From Microbotryum violaceum (taxonomy: Eukaryota): DNA of 64,000 bases. A model generated the notes under the pieces. That model ran no database searches. It had not been told where the DNA came from and was given only the letters and a program-made list of their open reading frames with translations. This document shows, in pieces, positions 23,982 to 36,399 of the stretch; position 1 is the first letter of the stretch, and every line of letters starts with the position of its first letter. The position numbers and the translations under genes are program-made. The stretch is taken from NCBI GenBank assembly GCA_001244265.2, contig CDLV01000016.1, forward strand, positions 744,001 to 808,000, written 5' to 3'.

Positions 23982-26147
23982 CTACTCGGCTCTCCACCCT
24001 TCACTGTTCAAAATCAGCTTGTAATAGAATCTGATCACGTCTAGATGAGCCGAAACGTGCATCCGTTCGTCCACGGTATGGAAATTCTTGAGTTTGTCCA
24101 TCTGGGCGGGCAGAAAGCGGTAGATGTTGTGGGTCAAGTTCCATGTCCACTTCGTGTCGGTATTGGCTGTCGAGAAATATATCAGTAGTCGTTAGCGATC
24201 GTTTCGCCAGCACGGACCATAACAGTGCACTGCGCCCTCGTTGGGTGTGCCGCAGCGCCGAGATTTTTGCTCGTCAACACAGACTCACCGACCATGCCAG
24301 ACGGAGCGACGATTGGCCTGTCGAAGACATGTCTGATTGTTCCACTCATAAGCTCGTACGCCGGTCCCGAACTCGGCGTCAAAGGAGCAGGTTCGATCTC
24401 GCTTCCCTCGCGATGGATCAATCGAACAACCTGCTGAGTCGTGCCATTGTTTGACCCGTAGGCGTCAAAGGTCAAGTTTGCCGACCTGACCACCGGTTCT
24501 AGGATCGAAGCAATGCGAGCTTTGTGCGCTGCGACAGACGAATCGAACCTGATTCGATAGTTGATAGTAGCATGGGTGTACTCAGGAAGCGCGTTGACCT
24601 GGACAGAACGCGATGACCATAAGTTCTCCGCGCACCCTCACCCGGTATACTTGGCTCCTTTTGCGCAGAGTTACTCACCTTGACGCCACCATCGACCAAA
24701 TCGATGGCTTGGGTCGTCGAAAGGAAAGCCCGTAGAACCTCGCTGGACTGAGAGAGGTCCTCGCTTAAAGCGTTCCACTTCGTTGGATCGCGAACACGCT
24801 TTTTGAGAGTGTTGCTCATGTTTCCATGGTCGGCAGCGCACTGCAGATAGCTGAGCATCGGATGCCCTTTGTCCATGCTCGGCGGATCTGGATGGTCCTC
24901 AAGCGCAACCAGTAACCGCGACATTATCCCAATGCCCGTATGTCGACCGTGCGGGACCGAGGAATGCCCACCCGGGGTGAGGACCTCGAGGTCCAAGTTG
25001 ATCGCCCCCTTTTCGGCCAGCCCTAAACGAGCGAATTGCACGCCGTACGACTGATCCAGGCCCGTGAAGCCCTCGTCGAGGATGAGGGCAACACCATTCT
25101 TGCCATAAATCTGCCCCAATCGCTCGGCAATGAGTCGAGCAGACCGCACCCCGCTGATCTCTTCGTCAAATCCAAAAGAAAGCACGATCGCTCTTTCCGG
25201 TGTGTACTGTTCGGAGAGCAGCTGCTCGATCGCGGAGAGAATCCCAATCAAAGTGTTCTTGCAGTCTGTTGTGCCTCGGCCCCAGATCCAACCATCGGAG
25301 TCAACGTGTCCCGAAAAGGGCCCATAGGTCCATTGCGATTCTGTTGAAGGATTGACGGGCACGGCGTCTTGGTGGGCCATGAACACCTGCGGCAAATTAT
25401 CGGAGCACCCATACAATTAGCCCGTCGAGCAGGAGTCAGAGGAATCACACTTACGATGGGTTTAAGCTTCGAGTTCGTGCCTTTGTAAGTCATAATGAGA
25501 CCAAACCTTGCCACTTTCTCAATTTCCAGATGGGACCAACTGTGATCAAAACTGGCGCTGTCAGGTCGGCTCACACCTCCAGATATCAACTTGCCCGAGC
25601 CGCCGGGCACACATACACTCGAGGAAAGGTTTTTTCAATGTACTCGTGCTGCTTGGCAAAGATGTCGAAGCGTGGGTCCTTGAATGGGTCGCTGCGCATG
25701 TCATCGTAACTCTGCGTTGGCTGTGAAGCGAACAGGTCGATGACCGGAAGCGTAACTAGTGCAACGGTCAGCCGACGGGGTCCGATCGGCAAAGAGACCG
25801 AGAAGACGAACAATCTGCACAGCCCCGATGAGTCGCTCGATAGCTAGTCGAGAGTAGTGCTCGTCCTTTGCCGGTTGCCAGTCGTGGCCAACGTTGCGGG
25901 GTTCGGTTTGCACTGGGCACGAAGCGCCTCCCGCGATTGCGGCCGACCAAGGCCAAGCTCCGTGGTGCTCATAATCGTGGAAAAGGAACCGCAGCGGCTG
26001 AAGAAGGATGCCGGCCCAGGGTGAGAGCGTCGCCAGACAGTAAAGTGAAGGGATCAAGCAACAGGCAAGCACGACCGACTTGACGGCGTTGACACGGCGT
26101 CTCGATTCGGTTGCCGACGCCGGCGGGCCACCTTTGAACGTCTGCAT
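23982..26147 (-). CDS. CPS1: Gly-Xaa carboxypeptidase S (M20 family), multi-exon
   Basis: N-terminal TM segment, FMAHQDAVPV, IWGRGTTDCK, SFGFDEEISG, ILDEG, TPGGHSSVP, TTQAIDLVDGGVK, IHTVDER-like C-terminus. Confidence 0.92.
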
Positions 26148-26390
26148 GAGTTGGGGTTACACGGATTAATGACAGCCTCGAGGGGACAACGGGAACCCTG
26201 TGAGCGCAGAGAAGGAGCAGCCTGCAGGACGTCGCCGGTGGCATGGCTGTATATGGCTGGTCCGCCGCGTTCAGCCGCGCTCTGCCAGTGCTCTGCCATG
26301 TTGAATTTCATTCTACTACAAGCCTTCGAACACTTCAACCTCGGGCGCCCTTTTTCGCCTCGGCGCTTTTCTCGCCTCGGGCGCCTTTCG

Positions 26391-26501
26391 TAAGCCGCCC
26401 CCTTGTCTTCGCAGCTAAGCCGCCCCCCTCGTCTCTGCCAAGCCGCCCCCTTGTCCTCGCTGCCAAGCCGCCCCCTTACTTAAGCGGCCAAGCCGCCCCC
26501 T
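26391..26501 (+). repeat. Five spaced copies of AAGCCGCCCCC
   Basis: 11-bp motif recurring about every 23-27 bp; preceded by CGCCTCGG(G)CGC repeats at 26340-26388. Confidence 0.85.
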
Positions 26502-27009
26502 TCTCACACGCGCCCGCCTGTTCAAGTCACGCGCGCGCGCCGCTCCCTCCACGCCGGGACTTAGTCAAATCCGCGCCTCTCACACGTTGCCGAGCCAAAG
26601 CAGCTACGTCGACGCCCCACCAGTAGCCTCAGCGGTCGCTACATCCCAAGTCCGAAACCTCTTCGGCATCCACTCAACATGCCAGGACCCCCGAAAGCCC
26701 AGCCTGAGGCGCGTAGGTAAAATCCTCGAAAATCCGGGATTTTGGACCTTATTTGTCCACCAAATCTTGGATTTTTCGGCCAAAAAGGTGCCCAAAATGT
26801 CCAGTCCATCTACGCGCCTCAAAAATAGCTCTAAAATTGCTTCAAATGCTCAAAAACATCTCCAAATATCGCGAAAACGCCGTCCGGACGGTTTTCGCCC
26901 GAGCCGAACCAGCGGCGGAGCCCGCGCGAGCCCGCGCGCGTGTCAGCCGATTCGGTTCTGCTTCGCCGAGGGCTCCTCACCTGCACTTGCTGGCTTCCTT
27001 TTTGACTCT

Positions 27010-30000
27010 ACATCTTTCACGCCCTTCATTTGATTACTCAAGGACACAGAAGCGTCCCGTAATCCGTTGCAGCGTCGAAGAAAACAAAATCTTGCCTCAG
27101 CCTGCTGGCTCAAGTCGAAGACACGCTCCCCGAGGTATGCAACTGAATCCAGTGGTGCGAGAGTGAGCGCGGGCATCGAGGATGATTCCAAGGATTAAAT
27201 GATTTGTCGAGCATCGAGTCCAAAGAAACCAGTCGTGCCGTCAATCATATGCGTTGAATAACGGCCCTTGCTGACAACTTGCAATTCTTGGAGGACGACA
27301 TTCGATAGTAATGCTAGGGGTCGGTTTCCGCTCTGTCACAATGATTTGACGTGGCCTTGGCATACATGTAACGTACTACGAGAGGCAAGATCGATGTCAG
27401 TCACTCTGCAAAGCAGTAAGCTAGCTACAGTGAGATGCACAAACCAAGTCCAATGGACAATTGTTCTTCTCCTATGTTGCTGGCGTCACAACTGACCGGT
27501 TTGATGCCTCGTTTCAATCCAAAGCAGACAAGAGAGCCGATTTTCAAAGGCGTAGCTGACGTGACGTTTCCGTCGATCGACCCAAACATTGGGATCTTGG
27601 CGAATGCCGTGTATTGCCTTGCTCGCGATTGCATCCGTACCTGGGCAAGAATGAACATTATTGATGAGCACTCTCCGGGCCATATGTGCAGAGCACACAA
27701 TTGTAGCTCACTTCTTTACGTCCGTCTTCGATGTATCTTATGTTGTCTGTCTCGTTTGCGGTCGAAAAGCGACTGAAGGTCCCTTGTCCTGTCCAACGAA
27801 CGGACCTCGCGACTCCTGACACGGCTTCGAGACGGGCTGCACCCATTGATTGCACTAAGCCTCGGAGGACACTGGAGTGCACTTCACCGTGCTCGGACAA
27901 TTTTGCTTTTGATGTGGGATCGGAATCTTGGGCAGTCGAGGTGGTGGCGCCGTGCCTTCCCTTGAGTAGGACAACTCTGAGGTGGGCACATTGATGGGCC
28001 CGACGGTGCTGGATTAAGCTTTTCAGATCAAGCGCAAGCTGACGAGAGTCGTGACGCAGAAGGGATGAGAGTAGAACAATTTTAGCCTGTGAAAGAATGC
28101 TGGTTCCGTTTAGTGTTGCTACACGAGAACAACTGCTGCTTAAATGAACCTACACGACCCGGCAAACTTTCATTTGCTGTCACAATGGCGTCGAGCAGGA
28201 AGCGTTCCTCTGCTTGAGCATCGGCCTCGTCATAGGCCTGCTGAACGGCAAGCCTAGAATTGGACGAAATGAGTTATCAGCTCAGGGGAGACTGGTACAG
28301 GTCTCAAAGCACTCACCTTACAGTGCAGCATCATTGTCAAGGCCAAGAGCAGCTAAAGAGCGAACAGCGTTTTTAACTGACTTCCGCTCTTTCGGGTCCA
28401 GCACGACGAGACCTTGGCACGTTTTGGTGCGGATCCCATCGAGGGTCCGATCTAGGTCAGCGAGGTACAAAAGCGGCTCAGCGTCCTCGGGCTCGAAATG
28501 CCAAGGTTCACTAGCTGGAAGGGGCAACATCAATCAGCTTTGCTCAAAACGAAGCCACAAGCTTGGGCGACACCCACCATTGACCGGTATATCTTCCTCT
28601 AGCTGGTTGGACTTCTGATATTGTATGATATCCCACATTCGAAGACCAAGAAGAAGCTCTTTTGCAAGTCCTGCAGCAACCAAGCTTGTGGACCGAATCT
28701 CTTCATCGCTTGGATAAGCCGCATTGCGACGAGGTCGAGATCGTCGAGCCTGTCATACATGTGATGGTAGCCTTGACGCGAGCCTGCGGTCTCTGTCTTG
28801 AGCTTTCGCATCAGTCCTAGAAGCGCAGTAACTTTGCTTGCCGACTAAAAACCCGAAATATAAGCTTCACGTGAGCTACTGCTCACGTGAAGCCATGAAA
28901 GGAGGATGACTTACCTGCAGGATTTCTGAAGCATCAAATTCTTGCACGACTTTGCGCAAACCGCCAAAAAAATGCTCGACCATCTCCGTACCATGTCGCC
29001 ATGGTATGAACGCTTCTTCCGGCCAAAAGTCGCGGTAGTTCCAAATAAGGGCGATGTTTGCATCGACGACCTTTCGCATACCATCCAGGGTCTCCTTGGC
29101 AATAAAGGACTGCGCGTTGTACCCGGGACGATTGCGGACGAAGGGCAACCAGCCCTCAAATGTATAACGAACCGTCAATAGCATTTTGATACGTTCAATC
29201 GGCTGCAAGGACCTGTTTTGTATCGCGTCGTGAAGCTCGCCGCAGAGAAAGAGGAAGACTATGGCATCGGCATCGGATTTGCCGTCCTCGTAAAGTCGGC
29301 AAGCAAGCGCGAGAGTAGCTTCGGAGAACGCTCGATGCGTCGCATTGTCATCTTGACGATCACGTCCAATCACATCACGTAGATACAAGGTCCTCGCCGA
29401 CTATTCGACGTTGAGCAGCGTCAACAGGTCACGATATCCGATACATCCGGTGCCGCCGTATATTGCCCTGGCGCCTGAATCGCACGCGCTGCGGAGATTT
29501 TTGCTCAGGTGCTTTGCGTCCCGATTGAAGCACGTAGGCGTGTTGCCCACTTGAACGGATGCCAGTCGAATGGCTGGGAAGACTTTGTCGGGACCTGGAG
29601 ATGGAATGACATGTGCGAGCTCTCGCCGACGGTTACCCTCACCGGTATACCCCTCATCGCCGCCAAGTCGCTCTGCCATGACGCGCTGCAAGACGCCTTC
29701 GCTTGCCGCTCCATCCGCCGAGATGGAGGCAAGAAGATGACCGACCCCCGCGTTGACGAGGAATTGAATAACAGATTCCAGTTCATCCGCAGCCTCGGAT
29801 GAACTCGGCGAGTCACCAATCACGAATGCGGCAAAGTATTGGGCTGGGCAAGAAACATCGTTTGGTGCAAGCATGTACACTCGAACCTATTCACAGAAAC
29901 GCCAGCGAATGAGCAACCAATCAAAGCGCCGCGCAGACATAGTCGCCGACCTTGGTGTCAGCGATCGGAGGATTCGGTCCCCGAAAGATACCCTCGAGCT

Positions 30001-32781
30001 CCTGCGTGGTTTCATACACGATTGGCGGGCCAACCATGCCAACGAGCTCGTGACGGAAGATTTTCTGCCCGCGCAGGCGAGCTTCCGCTTCCTTGTCCTT
30101 CGAATAAACCCGTGTTGTCCTGATTACTTGGCGCAGTTTCGTGTCGTCGACGTGGAGGTTAAAGGTCTTCCCATCCGAAAGGATCTTTTGGATAATGCAC
30201 TGCATGTGGGGCTCATCTAAGCCGAACCTGGGCTTTTCGAATGTTGCTCGATGTTGTCTGAGAGGTTTAGAATCGTCAGTAGCCTGAAGGAATGACGGAT
30301 AGCTCAGGTCTGAAACTTGCTGAAGTGTGCGCATCGAGACTCCGCCGACAGTTTTTTGCACCACGCGCAACGCCGTGGGAGATGCCAGAGCCAGCGCGTG
30401 TTCAAAGTCGAGCAAAGCTTCGTCTCGCACATAGCCTCTCATGTCCTTGCCTTGTGCGTCCCGCCTATGCTTGATCACGACGACTTTTGCCATAACTTTC
30501 AGAATGTTGGCTCCAGCCAGCTCGCCGGAAACTAAACCTTGAGCGAAACGAAGATAGACCTTGCCATCTTTGGTCCCCAAAAGTTCCTCCAGACCTTGGT
30601 GTTCCTTGAAAACCTTTGCCATCAAAGCCTCGACGGAAGCCAATCGTTTATTCGTGAACTTGATTGTGGGTCCGACAGCCCGAGGACGATGTAACGCCTG
30701 TGAGAAGGCTTTCGTGCGAAGCAGTGCCTTGCATTTGGCGCAAGGCTCCAATTTCGTTCCACATTGCGACTCCATTCCGATCCTGGTACAGTTGACACTG
30801 TTCACTCGGGGTGCTGAATGATCTTTCACCCACGTCCACTCGTTCGCTTCCAGATTGTTGATCTCACGGCGTTCAGAATGAGTCAATACACGTTTGCCAA
30901 TTCTTGGGAACCTTCTCTTGATGAGCTTTAGCCGAGATGGTGCGCCTCCGCCTCGAGCAGAGCTCTTTGAGAGGTACACCTCTACACGCTTGCCTGTTAG
31001 GCCGGGACATGCGGGAGGATCAGCAAGGCTTTTGCCTTGCGACTGGACAGCCGTTTCGGCGGGCGATCGAACAGCAAAGTAGTGGCCGATCTTGCGCATG
31101 TTCGTGCACGGAGGCTTTTTGTTGAGATGCTTCATGAAGCGAGTGATGCCGTGCCGTGTCTTCATCTTGTGATACGTACGACAGCGACCGCACTGCACCG
31201 TCCTGGGATTCTCGATCTTCACGTCCGATCCTGGGCAGAGCTGCTTGACCTTCGCCCTAAACTCAGCAAATGCTGCGGGGCGAGCCTTTGAGTATTCGAC
31301 GTCTTTAAGATGCTCCTTGGCTAGTCTGGCTCGTCGTGCTGTGATTGATTCTCCCGACTTCGGAGTTTCGTCGTCCGTGGTGCAATCATCGTCCGTGGTG
31401 CAATCGTCGTCCGTGGTGCAATCGTCGTCCGTGGTGCAATCGTCGTCCGTGGTGCAATCGTCGTCCGTCTCGGAATCTGAGCGGAAGCATATCCCGGACC
31501 ATGTCTGCTCGTCATTCTCGATCTCGGCCAGATCCTCGACGTCCAACTCGTTCCTGTCTATGCCGGCAATGGGCGCGGGCAAGTCATGAGTGAGATGTTG
31601 AGATTTGGTTGCGAATGTTGCTAGTCGGTGAAACTAGCGAATGCGAGCGATATGAGCGCGACCGGCCGAAAAAGGTGGAACCGAAAGAAGCTCGGTTTCG
31701 ACGACATTGATAGCCGCTGGTTCGCACGAGGAGCCGTCAGCCTGTTGAGCCATGCAGCCTTGCTTCGGTTCAGTGTTGAGAATATGCAGCTCGAGGTAGT
31801 CAAACAAGGCCAATGCCGAGTTGCGAGCACTCTCGTCGATCCGAATATGCGAGAGCGAGTTGAAGAGCGTCCATCATGTCCTTTGCCCAACATCAACACG
31901 TGCCATTGCCCAATGATCGCGAAAGCAGAGTGGGAGAAACCAGACCGATTGAGGGCGAGCTCTAACGAAAGATCGAAGGTCGGCGAGAGTTCGATATCGG
32001 ACAAGAGAAGATGCGAAGATGTACTTGTCCAAAACTTCACGTTGAGGGGAGTCAGGTTGATGTGTTCTTGAAGCGACCAAAATCGCCATGAGATCGGATG
32101 GGAATGCCCCGTATCTTTGTCGGGTGCTGTTGACGCTTGTACACGCGATGAAGCTAGTACGCTTGTGATGGCAACGTCCATCGCGGTTTCTCCAAGCCAC
32201 GTTGTCCCTAAAAAACGCACGAAAAATAATCCCAAACAATCACGCGATCGAACAAATGAACAAATTGGCTGCTTACCGAAGAAATCGAGCAGCGTGCGCA
32301 AGGACGCGCTACACCCGAGGATCATTGAGGGGGTATATTGGTCCTCAACGAGCAGTGACGGCAGCACCTCCAGAGCCTTAACGATGAGAGGCTGATTTTC
32401 GATATCGACACCCAGATAACTTTTCATCCACTCTTGGCTATTGATAACGACCGAATGCATGCGCTCGGCGTAATCTATATGCCGCCAGATCCTTTCGACA
32501 CCGAAAGGCAGCCGGTGCCCGGCGATAGCGATAGACCGGTAACCTTGTTTACGTGCCGCGGTGATTGCTTCACGATCCTTGAACTTGTCCCTCCAAGCGC
32601 GGAGCGGCCTAGGAAGAGTATCAAACTCGAGAGGCTCGTCTGTCGAACACGAAAGCTGTATTTGCGTGTCTGGGTTGTCGAAGCGGAAGGTGAGAAGCTC
32701 AGACACCCTAACGTCCAAAAGGGGTACCATTCGCTCAAAATCATCGTCAAGGACCTCGATATCCGGATCGTCCAGATACAT
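27010..32781 (-). pseudogene. Ulp1-like protease fused to P-type DDE transposase (spliced, with nonsense and frameshift lesions)
   Basis: Ulp1-like FLGTTWLGE, MMDAL, QQADGSSC(E); ZnF CGRC...HL...C; transposase LHVDDTKLR, SISADGA, RDAKHLSKNLR (DxxH), TEMVEHFFGGLR; in-frame stops at 31634-31636 and 29401-29403. Confidence 0.8.
31368..31468 (-). repeat. 18-bp tandem repeat (about 5.5 copies) encoding DDDCTT
   Basis: (GTCGTCCGTGGTGCAATC)n on the plus strand, near-perfect. Confidence 0.95.
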
Positions 32782-35059
32782 TTTGTCGAAGCTGACTGAA
32801 GCGAGAACGTAGGATAATGACGATGTTGGCACAGACGACGCAACGCGGCGGTGGATGCAATAGACGCGCGCAAGGCTCAGACTTTTCGTTCATCCAGCCA
32901 AGTGGCTATAATTGCAAAATTGTTCAACCAGCCAAGAGGCTATAATTGCAAAATCGAACAATTAGAGCCCTTGCTGTTAATTCGGTACAGCCCAGAGTTT
33001 CCCACGCGCTCCGCACGTTCTTGAGGGTCGGCAAACTTTGGCGTACCAAGCCGAATGTGGCTGAAATGGGTCCCCGATTTGTCCACAGGCACCTACGGGC
33101 CTAGACCCCACCCGCACCGGCGCGTCCTGATTTGTCCACCCCCGACTACGCGCCTTCGCGATTTTGGCCCATCTGAGGCCCCAAATTTGTCCAGTCGGGC
33201 ACTACGCGCCTCAGGCCGGGCTTTCGGGGGTCCTGCTCTGCCAGGCTCTGCCCTGCTCTGCCGCGCTAACCTGCGCTAACTGCGATGCGGCTGGGGCGGG
33301 AATAGTGCATGCACACAAGCCCTTTTCGACAGTTTTGGCCGCGCCGAAACCGCTTTCAGGGCGAGTAGTGGCCACTTCGATCAGTTTCGTCCCCTCCACC
33401 ACATGCACAGCCTCATCGAGTCGCTGGGTCAGGCGCTGGCCCGTGCAGTGGACGGCCATAGTCCAAGATAGTAACCGAGTCACCGAATCGAGTCATAGCG
33501 ATCATTGAACCTCAACATCTACCCCATTACATGATCCTCTGATCCCATTTGATGGGTGCCTTCGGCAGCACACCGACGCTTGCCGGCTGCAGCCCCCACC
33601 CCCACTCGATGCGAAACCGCTCGCGGATCGAGTCGCCGACGAGGGCACAAAGATGGCATCTGTCGCGCCTGCCCACACGTGCATACGTGTTCATTCATAC
33701 TCCTCTGGCCCATTTCAACACCTCTGCACAAGATTGCACAGCTTTGCTCCCTCGTACATGCTCAGAACGAGTCGACCTTCCGAGACCTTTTTCGTTGCGA
33801 ACCCACCGCTGAGTGCACGTCCAACCGAGGCGGAGTAGGAGCAGGGCGAGGATCACACTCCTCATGGGGTAATCATCGGGACAGTAGGCAGTATGAAGAG
33901 TCAGTAACTAAGGGAGAATAATTGGCGGGGCTCTTGGCAGGAACGTGCAAAGGGGCAGTGACTCGATTAAAGAGCACGTCAGGCTCGGGCTCCTACGGCG
34001 AGTCGCAACGTTAACCGAACACCTTCGAAGCAGGCTAAAATGAGGTCGTATCTAGTCCTCACTCGTGTAAAGCCTAAGCAGTAATAGAAAACACAATGCA
34101 CATGTGTGCAGATCGATGCACAGCGATGCACCCGCATGCACCGGGGTGCAGTCCCGGCGCCTGGCCTCGAACTATAGTCGAACCGCTCCGGATCAAGCAG
34201 GCTTGATCAGGCGCGGGACACTCGGATCCGACTTCCAGCGCATGCGCCACCGTACACGAAAGTGCTTGTCAGCAGTTTCACGAGACGACCTGTAAAATCC
34301 AGACGCGCAGGTGCATAAGCACAGTGTTTTCGGAATTCGTGCTACGATTCCGGGACCGGCGTCGGCCGCTCACGCGCTCACCGCTGACCCGCTGATTTCC
34401 CCCGGGTATGAAAAGGCCTAGCTACTTAAGTTGATATTGTTTCCTTGGCTTGGGGTACACAGGACTGCGCTTGGAGAGGCCGTCAAACGACTTTTGAGGT
34501 TCGGCTTTCCTCCCGAAATTTGCCAAAGTCTGCGTTCATATTACCTGTTAGCGTTCTCGAGTTGGAATATGTACTGGCAGGAGCTTCAACGTTGGTGGGG
34601 TCGCCACGTGAGTCTCCGTCTCCTTTGGACACCGAGCAGCGAACTGAGCGAAGAGTCGAAGGCCATCGCCGTGCAGGTGATGTAGGGTGCATTTTAGCTG
34701 CTGCATTTCACGGTGGATCTCGTAGGTGGCTTGCGATTGACGATGGACTAATGCAGATGAACCCGAGTATCAGTGCGTTTTGGTCGAAGAGAGACCTAGT
34801 GTTCGCACTCAAACGCTGTTCCGGAAACGCTCAGAAGTAAGTGTGAGCAAGTGTGGGCCGAGGGAGGCCGAGGGCTCGGCGAGCTTCGGCGAAATTCAGC
34901 AGGATATCAGCGAGCTGCCAGCTGCTGCCAGCCTCTGCCAACTTCTGCCAACTGCCTCCGCCAGTGTCGCCGTCAGCTGAGCAGAGCGCGACGACCACTT
35001 CATCTCGTACCACCTCACCCCACGTTGACACCCCCAACACAGTCAACGCACAGCACACC

Positions 35060-36154
35060 ATGCGCTACACTTCAGCGCAGTTCGACAAAGCCGTCGCAAC
35101 GTCAGTACCTTTACTCTGTAGTCAGTCGTCTTGCTGTCGCATGCCGATCGCTTACATCGGCCACCGTCTTGCTGTGCTCTGTCTGTGCTCGCTCTCATCC
35201 TCCCCATCCTGCCCTACGCCATCGCCATCGCCATCGCGTTCGCTGTCGCCGTGGGCCTCTTGTCGCTGGATCGATCGATCGCTCGCGCCGGCGTAGTGTC
35301 GGCCAACTGCCCAAGGATGGACCCGTGAAGCCCTCTCAACCCGATCAGCTCGTTGTGAGTCTCTCACTACCCCGGGGCGCGTGCCAGTCGCTGGAGTGGG
35401 GAGCATGCGATGGCGGCTCGACCGGCCACGACTTCCTCCCGGGCGACCACCGCTACGGGCAAGCAAAAATAGAGGGAGCGCCGAGTTGAGTGATCGCGAT
35501 CAAGGCGCCGATCTGCTTTTCTATTAGGGTTTGACTCTCCGTCGAACGCTTGTATGGATGGACTCGGGGATGCCAAGAGCTTGTGCACTCGTCCTTGTCC
35601 CAAACGGTTGTCTGCCGTCCGCCGGCGACGTCTTGTCATCCGACAAAGCACGAGTCAGAACCAGACTCGCTCGCAATCGTATCATGAAACTGGATTCTAC
35701 AGACTTCATTGGACCGTTGAGGTGGTCTGGCTCCCTTGATACTAATGTAATCGCCGGCTCGAACCCCTCGTACCAGTTCTATGGCTTGTATAAGCAAGCG
35801 ACCGTCGGCGACGTCAACACCTCTCGACCGGGCATGATGGACTTTGTGGGCAAGGCCAAATGGGACGCGTGGAAGAATAACGAAGGTCTCTCTTCCGACG
35901 ACGCCAAGTCCAAGTACGTCGAGGCCTTCTTGGACATTTTGGCTAAGAACGACAACGAGGAGGGAGCAAAGTACAAAGCCGAGGTGAGTTCGTCGGAGAA
36001 GGGAAGCATATTGCGAAAAGCAGGGGTTGTCAATGCCCTCGACCCCATGCGCTATTGTGATGCGACGATGTCTTGTTGCACGGACTACTGTCGTGCGGGC
36101 GACCGAGCTCACCATCGTGAGCTTACTGTCACTCCTCAGATCGAGTTCGCTTGA
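35060..36154 (+). CDS. ACB1: Acyl-CoA-binding protein (multi-exon)
   Basis: MRYTSAQFDKAV / VGQLPKDGPVKPSQPDQL / FYGLYKQATVGDVNTSRPGMMDFVGKAKWDAWK / IEFA*. Confidence 0.92.
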
Positions 36155-36399
36155 GAAAGCTTCGTTTCTCTTCTGAGCCTGTTCAACCTCTCGTGCGATG
36201 CAATATGACTCTACGTTTATCATTCTTCAGACTAAAGGAGCTGCAACCGGCATATAATACGGCGGTCATTCGTTCCATTTGAATGCAGCCCCCAATCTCA
36301 CTGCAAATCCAGTGAAAATGCCCTCAGTAAAAGGTTGCCTCTGCTGCTCGATTTGTTCATAAAGCCAAAAGTCCTTTAAGCTACGCGTGCAAGGTACCT

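Larger units (their letters stand above)
26683..33235 (-). mobile_element. 6.55-kb P-element-like DNA transposon with 34-bp TIRs
   Basis: TIRs CAGGACCCCCGAAAGCCC(A/G)GCCTGAGGCGCGTAG at 26683-26716 and 33202-33235 (33/34 match); CA...TG termini; subterminal ATTTGTCCA repeats; no clear TSD. Confidence 0.9.

Noticed and set aside
26391-26501. CRISPR-like repeat-spacer array
   Set aside because: Repeats are 11 bp with short, partly similar spacers; eukaryotic context and no cas genes.
31368-31468. CRISPR array
   Set aside because: Pure tandem coding repeat without unique spacers.
26675-33243. Target-site duplication around the P-like element
   Set aside because: Flanks CAACATGC and CTCTGCCA do not form a 7-8-bp direct repeat.
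33240-34840. Several 60-130-aa ORFs
   Set aside because: No recognisable domains or coherent exon structure.
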